Assembly (NCBI GenBank): GCA_964385185.1
Contig: CAYLOA010000007.1
Span: forward strand, 1-41,634
Direction: 5' to 3'
DNA: 41,634 bases
Source: an uncultured Methanosarcinales archaeon
Lineage (GTDB): Archaea > Nanobdellota > Nanobdellia > Woesearchaeales > CALCXY01
Every line of letters starts with the position of its first letter. The stretch's first letter is position 1. The position numbers and the translations under genes are program-made. Below are positions 9,992 to 18,047 of this stretch, in pieces. The notes under the pieces were generated by a model. That model ran no database searches and was not told the DNA's origin. It saw only the letters and a list, made by a program, of their open reading frames with translations.

Positions 9992-10600
9992 TTATTCGAC
10001 TTCATTCACGAATATAAATTCATCAGGCCAATCCTTCTTAATTCTACCATCTTCCATATTAGTTGCAGGCATATAATTATGATGCACCCGAACCATTCGA
10101 GTTAACGGAACTGTCTCCACATTCACTACAGCATTTTTCCCAAATTTCTCAATTAAAAAAGGAATAATTTTACCATTAAACTCTTCACCTAACATCCCTT
10201 CTGATGGAGCATCCAAAATAATAACCAAAGCCAAATGTCCATCCTTCTCTCCTAAATAAGCCAAACTAATAAACTTAGAGTTAAACAGTCTCCATTTAGG
10301 ATCTTTCTCCAATTTATCCATATAATTTTTCATAGTAATCCCAATCTTAAACTTAATAGTATACATTTGTTTAGCCATAAAGATTCCTAAGCGTTCCTCA
10401 TCTGTTGCACAATAATAACGAAGTAACATCTCAGACTCTAATTTCTTCCGTTTACGATTAACAGTCATAACAGGAATTTTAGTTTTCTTAGAAATTTTAT
10501 TATCACTTAATCGAGGATTTCTGATCAATTCTCGAACGATTTTGACTTCTTGATCATCTAACTCCCTCCCACCATTCTTTCCAGAAACCATAATAATCAT
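9992..10600 (-). CDS. Lrp/AsnC-like winged-HTH transcriptional regulator
   Basis: LDDQEVKIVRELIRNPRLSDNKISKKTKIPVMTVNRKRKKLE N-terminal HTH. Confidence 0.8.
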   Translation of the reverse strand: MIIMVSGKNGGRELDDQEVKIVRELIRNPRLSDNKISKKTKIPVMTVNRKRKKLESEMLLRYYCATDEERLGIFMAKQMYTIKFKIGITMKNYMDKLEKDPKWRLFNSKFISLAYLGEKDGHLALVIILDAPSEGMLGEEFNGKIIPFLIEKFGKNAVVNVETVPLTRMVRVHHNYMPATNMEDGRIKKDWPDEFIFVNEVE

Positions 10601-10601
10601 T

Positions 10602-10656
10602 AAATTGTTATATTATATAAGCTTTTCCCATATTAATGTTACATTCATAACAATTT
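10602..10656. promoter_or_regulatory. Putative operator around the regulator's TATA box
   Basis: AAATTGTTAT (10602-10611) / ATAACAATTT (10647-10656) inverted pair; palindrome AATGT-T-ACATT at 10635-10645. Confidence 0.4.
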
Positions 10657-10752
10657 TTAACCAACATATATAATAAGGTGTATTCCTCTGGAATCAGATG
10701 TTTCAACTTGTTCCCCCCCCAGGTTTCTTCAGAAATCCTGCCAAGATCATGT

Positions 10753-11196
10753 ATGTCAGATAAAATCCCAGAGTCACAACCCCCAGAAATTGCTGATTTT
10801 GTTACAGAAGGAGGCCATACAGGAGTGACTGAAAATAGACATCCAGAGGGGTATTCAGATTCATTAATGAGGTGTAAACTTACTCACAACCCTGGAGAAT
10901 TGTTGGATTACAATATAGAAGAAGTTCTTTTAGAAGAAAATGGCGTACCTGTTCCATATATTAAAATTGAAGTTATTGCACAAACAAAAGAGCCATTCTG
11001 TGTTTATTCTACTTTGGTTCCTATGAAGGTAGAACATTTAAGAACTATGAGCAAAATTGCTTTAGAAGTTCCAAAAGCATATGATATACTCAGCACAACT
11101 TACACAACACCAGCTGAAGTTGAAGCAGGTATAGATGATATCAAACAAACAGTAGACTCTTTAGCAGAATATTTCTCACAAGAATTAACCAAGTAA
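10753..11196 (+). CDS. Hypothetical acidic protein
   Basis: ORF open from GTG 10678; ATG 10753 preferred; no recognisable motif. Confidence 0.55.
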   Translation: MSDKIPESQPPEIADFVTEGGHTGVTENRHPEGYSDSLMRCKLTHNPGELLDYNIEEVLLEENGVPVPYIKIEVIAQTKEPFCVYSTLVPMKVEHLRTMSKIALEVPKAYDILSTTYTTPAEVEAGIDDIKQTVDSLAEYFSQELTK

Positions 11197-11610
11197 AACA
11201 ATCTTCTTCCTACCTTCAACAGCTTCAGCCAATTGCTTCCCTAAACTAATTCCAGTCCTAATGGAAACTAATCCACCCTCGCCAGCAACAGCAGTAAACA
11301 AATACCCATCTTCAACAAACACCTTAACTTCTTTTCCTTTCATCACACTACTAAGATACAACAAAACTTTCTCATCTTTTACTTCAGATGTAAATGCAAC
11401 AGGTAAACCTTTACTCTCATCAGTTAATTCTTTAACTTCAATAGAAAGACCAAGTTTCTTCTCTACATCTTCAACCTGTTCACGAACAGCATCAATATCC
11501 TTCCCATCAGCATAGACAACACCTTTGTAAGAAACAACAATCTCTGCCCGAACCTTCCCAGAAAAAGCCTCTTCTATAGACTTAACTGCTAACGAATCAA
11601 TATCCCCCAT
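11185..11610 (-). CDS. Stand-alone protein resembling the C-terminal KH region of archaeal PINA ATPase
   Basis: VEKKLGLSIEVKE and GYLFTAVAGEGGLVSI resemble PINA C-termini from memory; KH GxxG loop absent. Confidence 0.55.
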   Translation of the reverse strand: MGDIDSLAVKSIEEAFSGKVRAEIVVSYKGVVYADGKDIDAVREQVEDVEKKLGLSIEVKELTDESKGLPVAFTSEVKDEKVLLYLSSVMKGKEVKVFVEDGYLFTAVAGEGGLVSIRTGISLGKQLAEAVEGRKKIVLLG

Positions 11611-11641
11611 AAAAACGTTAAAGAATCCTAATTATTTAAAT

Positions 11642-13570
11642 CTAACCAAACAACCCCTTAAAAAACAAAGCAATCCGTTGACCAAATGACACATCTACTA
11701 ATTCAGTATCAACTGAAGTACGAACTTCACCTTGCCCAGTATCATCAGTATACCGAACAATAACATCCATCCCATCACCAACATCACTCCCTTGTAAAGG
11801 AAGCTCAATATCAACATTATCTTGTAAATTATCAATAACAAAATCAACACTACTAGTCCCATCAACAGTTATTACCACATTTGAAACAGTAGAAAAGGCA
11901 CTCTTTCCCACCCGAACCATAAGAGAAAAATCATCATCATATCGAACCGTATTTGGAGCCTCAATAACTTCAACACTAACACCGGCAGCTCCTAACACAT
12001 TTACACTAACATCAAATTTCTCTCCATCAGCCAACACACTAAATGTTTGCTCTCCAGCATCACCTGCAATAGCATTCAAACTCACCTTCTCCTCCTCTGA
12101 AATACCTAAAGGAACCAATTCACAACTACCCAGACAAACCTTAACTTCTCGTGCAGCATTTCCTGTATTCTTAACATCACAGTCAATCGTAACACTCTCA
12201 CCTTCCTTTACGCTATCCGGTCCTGAACAACTAAACTGTAAACCTTTACTAATTTCCTTGAAATCACTCTTCTCAAACTTCTTCCGATAATTTTCAACAG
12301 TACTCCTACTATACACAGGATAGCTACTCTTAGATTCAAATCCTATAGTTGAACTACTATTCCGAGTAGTATACACTCCTACGGGAAAGGTATACACAAA
12401 ACCTTCTTTCAATCCACCTTCCAGTTGAACAGTCCAATAAAATCTTTTCTTCTCCTTTGGCCGAAGTAATACATTTTTCCTAAAATCTTCTAAGACCTTC
12501 ACACCTTTAGTTTGAGTAACATACAAATCAGTAATCACATAATAATCATGTTTATTCTCAACCGTAGCTTCAATCACATTATAACTTCCAAAACCCAAAC
12601 TCTGCTTGAAAGCATTCGCTTTAACCTCCAATAAGGTGGGTAACTTTCCACCAGTAGAGATTATTTCCGACTTAATTCCTAATTCCTCAGTTTCAGCCTC
12701 AATATTAGTCCCCTTCCATCTAAACTTAGTACTCGTAGCATCGGCATCAACTTGTTCTTTGAGTTTAATATGGGGTGCATCAACATATCCATACTCACCA
12801 TAAGTAATATCAAAACCAATCCATCCACTTCCTGGCAACCAAACTTCTGCCCAGGCATGGGGTCCAAAATCATTAAGTTCACCAAAATCAGTATAAGCAT
12901 GTCCAGAAACAAATTTTGCAGGAATACCTACCCCTCGTAGCATGGCAATAAAGAGAGCTGTAATCTCATCACAAACACCTCTTCGATTTTGAATAACCCA
13001 AGAAGCTGTTTGTTGCGCATCTGCTGTTAAACTATCTAAACTGTAATCCACATTATCTTGAATCCAAGATCCAATTTTATAGACAACAACGTATGCATCG
13101 TCTTCTCCACGAGCAAGCTCATTCGCCTTCGCTTTTATCGCAGGATCGTTCACATTAATAATTTTTCCAGCGGCTAAATATTTAGTAACATCACTTGGTA
13201 CGTTTTTCAGGGGAAAAGGTATTTTATTTTTTACTTCTACAAACTTTCCACTCGTTTCAGTCGTCCCACTAACTGAAAATGATTGAGTTAGTTCTGGTCG
13301 TCTCCAACTAAACAATAAACCCTCATCATTAGTTTCAGCTTTTGGACTAATCTGCAAATTACTCACCGTACTTCGCTCATCCTCTCGTGGAAATAAATAC
13401 AAATCTATTGTTAAATCTTGCAATACATGTGAGCCTTTTGTAGGTGTAAATACAATAGAATTCGATATAGTTGTTTTCACAGTAGCACTCTCAGCCAATA
13501 ATATTTCTCTACCTCCAAGAACACTAGTAACTAATAACAGAAATAATAACACGTATAGCCCTTTTTTCAT
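11642..13570 (-). CDS. Secreted/surface transglutaminase-like protein
   Basis: Signal peptide MKKGLYVLLFLLLV; catalytic triad motifs GVCDE, HAWAEV, FDIT; beta-rich C-terminal domains. Confidence 0.85.
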   Translation of the reverse strand: MKKGLYVLLFLLLVTSVLGGREILLAESATVKTTISNSIVFTPTKGSHVLQDLTIDLYLFPREDERSTVSNLQISPKAETNDEGLLFSWRRPELTQSFSVSGTTETSGKFVEVKNKIPFPLKNVPSDVTKYLAAGKIINVNDPAIKAKANELARGEDDAYVVVYKIGSWIQDNVDYSLDSLTADAQQTASWVIQNRRGVCDEITALFIAMLRGVGIPAKFVSGHAYTDFGELNDFGPHAWAEVWLPGSGWIGFDITYGEYGYVDAPHIKLKEQVDADATSTKFRWKGTNIEAETEELGIKSEIISTGGKLPTLLEVKANAFKQSLGFGSYNVIEATVENKHDYYVITDLYVTQTKGVKVLEDFRKNVLLRPKEKKRFYWTVQLEGGLKEGFVYTFPVGVYTTRNSSSTIGFESKSSYPVYSRSTVENYRKKFEKSDFKEISKGLQFSCSGPDSVKEGESVTIDCDVKNTGNAAREVKVCLGSCELVPLGISEEEKVSLNAIAGDAGEQTFSVLADGEKFDVSVNVLGAAGVSVEVIEAPNTVRYDDDFSLMVRVGKSAFSTVSNVVITVDGTSSVDFVIDNLQDNVDIELPLQGSDVGDGMDVIVRYTDDTGQGEVRTSVDTELVDVSFGQRIALFFKGLFG

Positions 13571-13616
13571 CACCGCTTTCAAGATTTAACTTATTTAAAT
13601 CTTGCTAAGAAAATGA

Positions 13617-13700
13617 CGCCGAGGCTGGGATTTGAACCCAGGTATCCGTAAGGAAATAGGATTAGCAATCCTACGCAGTACCAGGCTGTGCCACCTCGGC
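13617..13700 (-). tRNA. tRNA-Ser(GCT)
   Basis: GCCGAGG/CCTCGGC acceptor stem, TAGGA-TTGCTAA-TCCTA anticodon arm, long variable arm, GTTCAAATC T-loop, discriminator G. Confidence 0.97.
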
Positions 13701-13780
13701 ATAGGTAGTCAGAGGCAGGAATTAGTTTTTAAGTGTTTCTAAACAATAACTTTATATACACCCATACCTAAGATATCAAA

Positions 13781-14443
13781 ATGAAGAATGTTATTATAGG
13801 TTTAGCATTATTAGCAGCAATCCTAATCGTTGTCAACGTTAATCCAGGTATTACGGGTGCTGTAACATTATCAGGCGGAGAATGTGATCCAGGATATAAA
13901 GAAATCTATCAATGTGCTTCAGAGAAAGTTATTCAAAGACAATTCCTATTCAAAGATTGCTCAGCAAGATATGATTCCACGTATTGTGGAACAAATGAAG
14001 TCTGCGTTGCAGAAACATCAATTAAAGCATCTTGCAAAACACAAATACCAGAACCAGAGTTTCGAGAAGGATCATTTGAATACGGAAAACATTATTCGAA
14101 ATCCATCGATTTCTACTGGGGATTTCAAAAAGGAATATACACACATCCTTCTTCCAATCCAAGAATGGATGTAGCGTTAACAAGAAGAGCTGGAGATGAA
14201 TTATATGTTAAGCCTAGAATTGGCCACTCAGTAAGATTATTCAAATTTATTGATGATGTCACCTATAACGATTGTATTACAGATAAGAAACAATCTCATG
14301 GAAGAAATCAACCTATCGCTACTAATGAATCAATGTGCTTCCAAACATTAGATGGAGATATGGCAGTAGTCTCAGGAAATTGGGAAAATAACAGATTAGA
14401 AAGATCAGATCTTATCTACTGGCGACTATACCTAGTCGGTTAA
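13781..14443 (+). CDS. Secreted Cys-rich hypothetical protein
   Basis: N-terminal hydrophobic segment followed by ITGAV; several Cys. Confidence 0.75.
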   Translation: MKNVIIGLALLAAILIVVNVNPGITGAVTLSGGECDPGYKEIYQCASEKVIQRQFLFKDCSARYDSTYCGTNEVCVAETSIKASCKTQIPEPEFREGSFEYGKHYSKSIDFYWGFQKGIYTHPSSNPRMDVALTRRAGDELYVKPRIGHSVRLFKFIDDVTYNDCITDKKQSHGRNQPIATNESMCFQTLDGDMAVVSGNWENNRLERSDLIYWRLYLVG

Positions 14444-14494
14444 TTCTAAGGGTTAGGAAACTTTATAAACCGATATCTATTCCTTTTTAAGTAT

Positions 14495-14572
14495 AGCGAG
14501 GTAGGGCAGCTAGGAGTGCCCGGAGGGCTCATAACCCTCAGGTCGGAGGTTCAAATCCTCCCCTCGCTACCA
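14495..14572 (+). tRNA. Initiator tRNA-Met(CAT)
   Basis: A1:U72 pair, GGG/CCC in anticodon stem, CT-CAT-AA loop, encoded CCA, TTTATAAA box upstream. Confidence 0.97.
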
Positions 14573-14880
14573 TTTTTATTCTATTCCTTTTTAGCTTCAA
14601 TGTATCAGCGGTTTTTTTAGCTGATACATTGTACTACTCGGCTGTCGAGCTGGCCGGTCAGTCGGTTCACATCCTCCCCTCGCTACCATTTTTATTCTAT
14701 TCCTTTTTAGCTTCAATGTATCAGCNNNNNNNNNNNNNNNNNNNNNNNNNNNNNNNNNNNNNNNNNNNNNNNNNNNNNNNNNNNNNNNNNNNNNNNNNNN
14801 NNNNNNNNNNNNNNNNNNNNNNNNNCGGTCAGTCGGTTCACATCCTCCCCTCGCTACCATTTTTATTCTATTCCTTTTTA
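14548..14880 (+). repeat. tRNA-linked tandem repeats (116-bp unit) duplicating the tRNA-iMet 3' end
   Basis: GGTTCA[A/C]ATCCTCCCCTCGCTACCATTTTTATTCTATTCCTTTTTA at 14548, 14664 and 14835; spacer contains CAATGTATCAGC/GCTGATACATTG hairpin. Confidence 0.85.
14726..14825. other. Assembly gap (100 N) inside the repeat array
   Basis: N run flanked on both sides by repeat-unit sequence. Confidence 0.99.
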
Positions 14881-14882
14881 CA

Positions 14883-14985
14883 GGGCAACTTCGAGCGTAG
14901 TGAGAACGTTGTCCGTAGGGGTCGACTAACTTTTCAACTTTGTTGAAAATGCTCAGTAACAAAGTTAACTGACATTGTGTAGTCG
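14883..14985. other. Multi-hairpin intergenic element
   Basis: GGGCAAC/GTTGTCC stem; CGACTA/TAGTCG stem enclosing TTTTCAAC-TTT-GTTGAAAA and TCAGTAAC-AAA-GTTAACTGA. Confidence 0.5.
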
Positions 14986-17151
14986 CTATGCAGCCCATCT
15001 AACTCCACTAACATTACCATTATGCCCAAATTGAGGGTTTTGCGCTCTAACAACACTACCATACCTTCCTGTTGTTCCAACATCTTTCTTAAAATCTGAA
15101 GTTCCATCTATTAAGCATGATTTAAGATCTCCTGGTGTACATTTGGCCAATCCCCCATTCTCTTTAATCCTATTAAAGAAATAAGGTCCCACCATCTGTC
15201 CATACAAAGTACCAATACTATTCTGTCCTTGATCTGAAGTACTTACAGCTACATCATTACCCTTACATAATTTATCCGCAAAACCTCCCGATTGGCAAGC
15301 TCCTGTAAAGTATAATTCTCTCCCTCCCTTTATATTCTTAGAATATTTTACTAATTCTGAATCATGCAAATATTCTCGTCCATTCTTCAATCCGACTTCA
15401 CTATTATCATTAAAGTTACTAGTTCCATGTGCTGTCAGATAGAGACAAAAGGTATCATTAGCATCAACTTTATTAGCCATTTGAGCTAAAGCTTTTTCCA
15501 GATTAGCTTCACTACCAATATTGCTAAAATCCTGATTTTTCATAGCGTTTCTCAACTGATCTGCACCGCTTGGATAAAATTGACCACTGGGATCCATACT
15601 ATGAGGTCCATTAGGAGTCATTACTATAATATTCTCTTGAGGAATTCCCATCTCCACCATATGATTATGGGCACGAATCATCTCTGAGGTAAACATATCA
15701 TTTGTTGGATACGGACTAAAACTCATGAAATTTCGGTGATGTCGATCAAAACCAGATATTAATATAGCATACTGCTCGGATTGATTTATTCCAGCAACAC
15801 TTGCAACATCATAAGCTCCTCTTTCTATAGTATCAGCTACACTAGCTACCATATCATTTCCAAATTCTTTAGCATCATCCAAGTATTTACCTTCTGAAAA
15901 ATAACTTTTAACATCATCAACCATCTCTCCACCAAAAGCATACTTTCCTTTATCCCATCCATCTTTGACTCCATCAACTACAGAATCTTTAGTATCTCCA
16001 GCAAAAGCCCAACTTTGTTTACCCATATCTTTCACATCAGAAAACAAAGCTCCACTTTTTGCATAGTGATACAGCCCTTGAAATACTCGTCCATCCCATA
16101 ATGCCTTCCCGGCCATAATTTTTTGTTTAACACCTTCATATTCATTTTTAACATCCTTAACTAATTCACCATCAGTCACATAAGCAACTCCATTTTTTAC
16201 TTTTCCCGGAACTGCTTTCACATCCTCCATCTCAATATCTTTTACATCACTAACAACATCTTGAATTCCATGACTTCCTAAACTCAAACTAATATAATCT
16301 CCTGCAAAGTTATTCACAAAACCTGCACTGGTTGCAACTAATCCTGCCATTCCAGCCCTTATTCTTCCAGAGGTATTCTTCTTAATCTTCTCAGCCCCTT
16401 TTTCAGCCATTCCAGCAATCCACTTGGTCCCAATCATACTACCATATCCTTTCATACCAATAGCTCCATCGATAATATATGGCTGAACTTTTGATCGATA
16501 AAAATCATCATCTTCTAAATTCTTAATACCCTTACGTATCTTCCGTTTAGTCAAATTTTTCTGCAAAGCTCCATTTTTAATTCCTAAAACTTTCTCAGCA
16601 CCTTTCTTCAAATACATTCTTTTATCTACAAAGCCACTTACTTTATCTGCAACATAATCATTACTCAAAACTTCCTTACCTGTATAGCCTGCTGCCCCTA
16701 ATCCAAATCGTAATCCTAACAAAGCAGGATAGATTCCAGTCGCAACTGCACCTCCATAAAAGAGTCCAGTTGCCAAATTACCTTTACCTAAAAACTTCCC
16801 TTTTTTAGCTCCAGCTTTATACTCAGACCAATCGACCTTATCACTAACCAAATTTTTTCCAGCAGTATACACTTTTTGAACATCTTTAATGGGATTTGCA
16901 GCTCTAAGACCTTCAACAACAGCCTTTCCTGCAGTAGGCGCAGCTTTCACAATACCTTCTAATCCTAATTTAGCACCTTGATAACCTATATTTGCAGCTC
17001 CAGCACCAATATCATATCCAGTACTCAAGGCACTCTTTCCAGCACCAACTACTTTAGAAACTAATCCCTCCTTATTCTTTCTACTACGACTTCTTGTCTT
17101 CCTTTTCCGTTTTGCAGGTACACCCCAACCTACAGCACTAGCTAAGCTCAT
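14986..17151 (-). CDS. Large protein with C-terminal clan CD (C13 legumain/caspase-like) peptidase domain
   Basis: YAILISG, LYLTAHG (His) and ACQSGGF (Cys) motifs; N-terminal ~450 aa basic, Gly/Ala-rich and amphipathic. Confidence 0.75.
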   Translation of the reverse strand: MSLASAVGWGVPAKRKRKTRSRSRKNKEGLVSKVVGAGKSALSTGYDIGAGAANIGYQGAKLGLEGIVKAAPTAGKAVVEGLRAANPIKDVQKVYTAGKNLVSDKVDWSEYKAGAKKGKFLGKGNLATGLFYGGAVATGIYPALLGLRFGLGAAGYTGKEVLSNDYVADKVSGFVDKRMYLKKGAEKVLGIKNGALQKNLTKRKIRKGIKNLEDDDFYRSKVQPYIIDGAIGMKGYGSMIGTKWIAGMAEKGAEKIKKNTSGRIRAGMAGLVATSAGFVNNFAGDYISLSLGSHGIQDVVSDVKDIEMEDVKAVPGKVKNGVAYVTDGELVKDVKNEYEGVKQKIMAGKALWDGRVFQGLYHYAKSGALFSDVKDMGKQSWAFAGDTKDSVVDGVKDGWDKGKYAFGGEMVDDVKSYFSEGKYLDDAKEFGNDMVASVADTIERGAYDVASVAGINQSEQYAILISGFDRHHRNFMSFSPYPTNDMFTSEMIRAHNHMVEMGIPQENIIVMTPNGPHSMDPSGQFYPSGADQLRNAMKNQDFSNIGSEANLEKALAQMANKVDANDTFCLYLTAHGTSNFNDNSEVGLKNGREYLHDSELVKYSKNIKGGRELYFTGACQSGGFADKLCKGNDVAVSTSDQGQNSIGTLYGQMVGPYFFNRIKENGGLAKCTPGDLKSCLIDGTSDFKKDVGTTGRYGSVVRAQNPQFGHNGNVSGVRWAA

Positions 17152-17230
17152 TATAAGTATAACTCCATATATTCTTTAAAGCATATCTATATAGAAAATA
17201 TAGGAATTTTGAGTAATTTTACTTCATTAG

Positions 17231-17277
17231 CAGCCACCACAACTGCTCACTGTGTGAGCCAGTTGTTGTGGTGGCTG
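17231..17277. other. 47-nt GC-rich hairpin element, copy E2
   Basis: CAGCCACCAC-AACT-GCTCAC-TGT-GTGAGC-C-AGTT-GTT-GTGGTGGCTG. Confidence 0.75.
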
Positions 17278-17337
17278 GAACAACATAATTACTACACAAC
17301 CCTAAACTTTTTATACCCTCTTCACTATTTTATCAAA

Positions 17338-17985
17338 ATGTTAATTGCAGGTATAGAAGAAGCAGGCCGTGGTCCAGTAATAGGACCTATGGTCATGGTA
17401 GGAGTATTAGTAAATGAAAAAGATCAAGAAAAACTAAGATCTTTAGGAGCTAAAGACTCAAAACTACTAACTCCCAGAACAAGAGAAATTCTCTATGAAC
17501 AAATCACAAATATCGTAAAGGCATACGAAGTTAAAATCCTAACCAATCAAGACATAGACAACGCTCTAAACGATCCAGACAATAATCTAAACAACCTCGA
17601 AGCTCAAACCTCTGCAGAACTCATAGACAAACTACAGCCAGACAAAGCAATCGTTGACTGCCCTTCTACAAACATAGCAGCATATAGAGACTACATAAAA
17701 TCACTATTAACAAAGAAAATAGAAATCATAGCAGAACATAAAGCGGACATAACCTACCCAGTCGTCTCCGTAGCTTCTATTATTGCTAAAGTAATTAGAG
17801 ACCAAGAAATTGAAAAATTAAAGAAGAAATACAACATTCAATTCGGCTCTGGCTATCCTGCAGATGAAAGAACAAGAGAATTTCTAAAGAAAAATTACAA
17901 CAAATACCCTATTTTCAGAAAAACATGGTCAACCTACAAGAAGGTAATTGAAGCAAAAAAACAGACAGATTTGGCTAATTTTTAA
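17338..17985 (+). CDS. rnhB: Ribonuclease HII
   Basis: GIEEAGRGPVIGPM, KDSK, HKAD, ASIIAKV.RD, GSGYP, C-terminal PIP box QTDLANF; ATG 17338 after TTTTTATA box. Confidence 0.95.
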   Translation: MLIAGIEEAGRGPVIGPMVMVGVLVNEKDQEKLRSLGAKDSKLLTPRTREILYEQITNIVKAYEVKILTNQDIDNALNDPDNNLNNLEAQTSAELIDKLQPDKAIVDCPSTNIAAYRDYIKSLLTKKIEIIAEHKADITYPVVSVASIIAKVIRDQEIEKLKKKYNIQFGSGYPADERTREFLKKNYNKYPIFRKTWSTYKKVIEAKKQTDLANF

Positions 17986-18047
17986 CCCATCTTCCCTTGT
18001 TACGAAAACTTTATAAACAAACTTCAGTCATTTCTAGGTAATTCACT

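Noticed and set aside
10713..10720. C8 homopolymer as a phase-variation tract
   Set aside because: Short, probably upstream of the real start, and no evidence of length variation
14664..14859. Split-tRNA 3' halves or extra tRNA genes
   Set aside because: Copies start within the T arm, lack the anticodon 3' strand, and an intact tRNA-iMet is adjacent
14548..14880. CRISPR array
   Set aside because: Spacers are identical where visible, the repeat is tRNA-derived, and no cas genes are present
14597..14998. ORFs spanning the N gap
   Set aside because: Artefacts of repeats and Ns
17209..17337. N-terminal extension of RNase HII given by the ORF track
   Set aside because: Runs through hairpin E2 and the TATA box; conserved start is ATG 17338
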